Source: an uncultured Methanomicrobiaceae archaeon (GTDB taxonomy: Archaea; Halobacteriota; Methanomicrobia; Methanomicrobiales; Methanoculleaceae). From it: a stretch of 64,000 nt of DNA. The position numbers and the translations under genes are program-made. Shown here piece by piece: positions 63,888-64,000 of this stretch (the first letter of the stretch is position 1; every line of letters starts with the position of its first letter). The notes under the pieces are model-generated. The model was given only the letters and a program-made list of their open reading frames with translations. It was not told the origin of the DNA and did no database searches. The DNA is taken from contig CAWGXH010000004.1 of NCBI GenBank assembly GCA_963826525.1, positions 1,120,001-1,184,000 on the forward strand, given 5' to 3'.

Positions 63888-63918
63888 GGCAGAACCGCCT
63901 TCCTGGGGAAAGAGACTG

Positions 63919-64000
63919 ATGGAAGCAGAAACAGGGGCACTCCCGACAAAAGACGACTTCAGCGGCTGGTATAACGAAATCCTATGGCGAGCGGAGATCA
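63919..64000 (+). CDS. proS: Proline--tRNA ligase, N-terminus (truncated by window edge)
   Basis: [27 protein letters not shown] matches the archaeal ProRS N-terminal FS.WY..I...AE motif. Confidence 0.8.
   Translation, partial: MEAETGALPTKDDFSGWYNEILWRAEI

Overview
GC-rich archaeal chromosomal segment, most consistent with a Methanomicrobiales methanogen (Methanoculleus-like). This is inferred from gene content: egsA, geranylgeranyl reductase, the priS-GINS-rpl44e-rps27e-aIF2alpha-nop10 cluster, an anaerobic cbi operon and S-layer-type proteins. The left end (1-~2.6 kb) looks like the edge of an integrated element: a 5'-truncated primase/helicase-like Rep gene with inverted TTTGCAC/GTGCAAA repeat arrays inside its 3' part. 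Next come a dockerin-tailed S-layer-like gene, a three-permease MacB-type ABC operon, membrane-proteostasis genes and cbiTLFGHCDE. A sensory cluster at ~32.5-41.3 kb (plus 50.3-52.0 kb) holds three membrane sensors ending in the same kinase-less, DHp-like tail with Asp at the phospho-His position, next to stand-alone Cache/SBP lipoproteins. The rest is cbiMNQO/cbiA and housekeeping replication/translation genes. Over 25 single-base frameshifts break ordinary genes. They are best read as long-read errors, and most sit at AGCT or GTAC palindromes, which suggests a DNA-methylation footprint. No rRNA, tRNA or CRISPR array was recognised. All calls are by eye, with no database searches.
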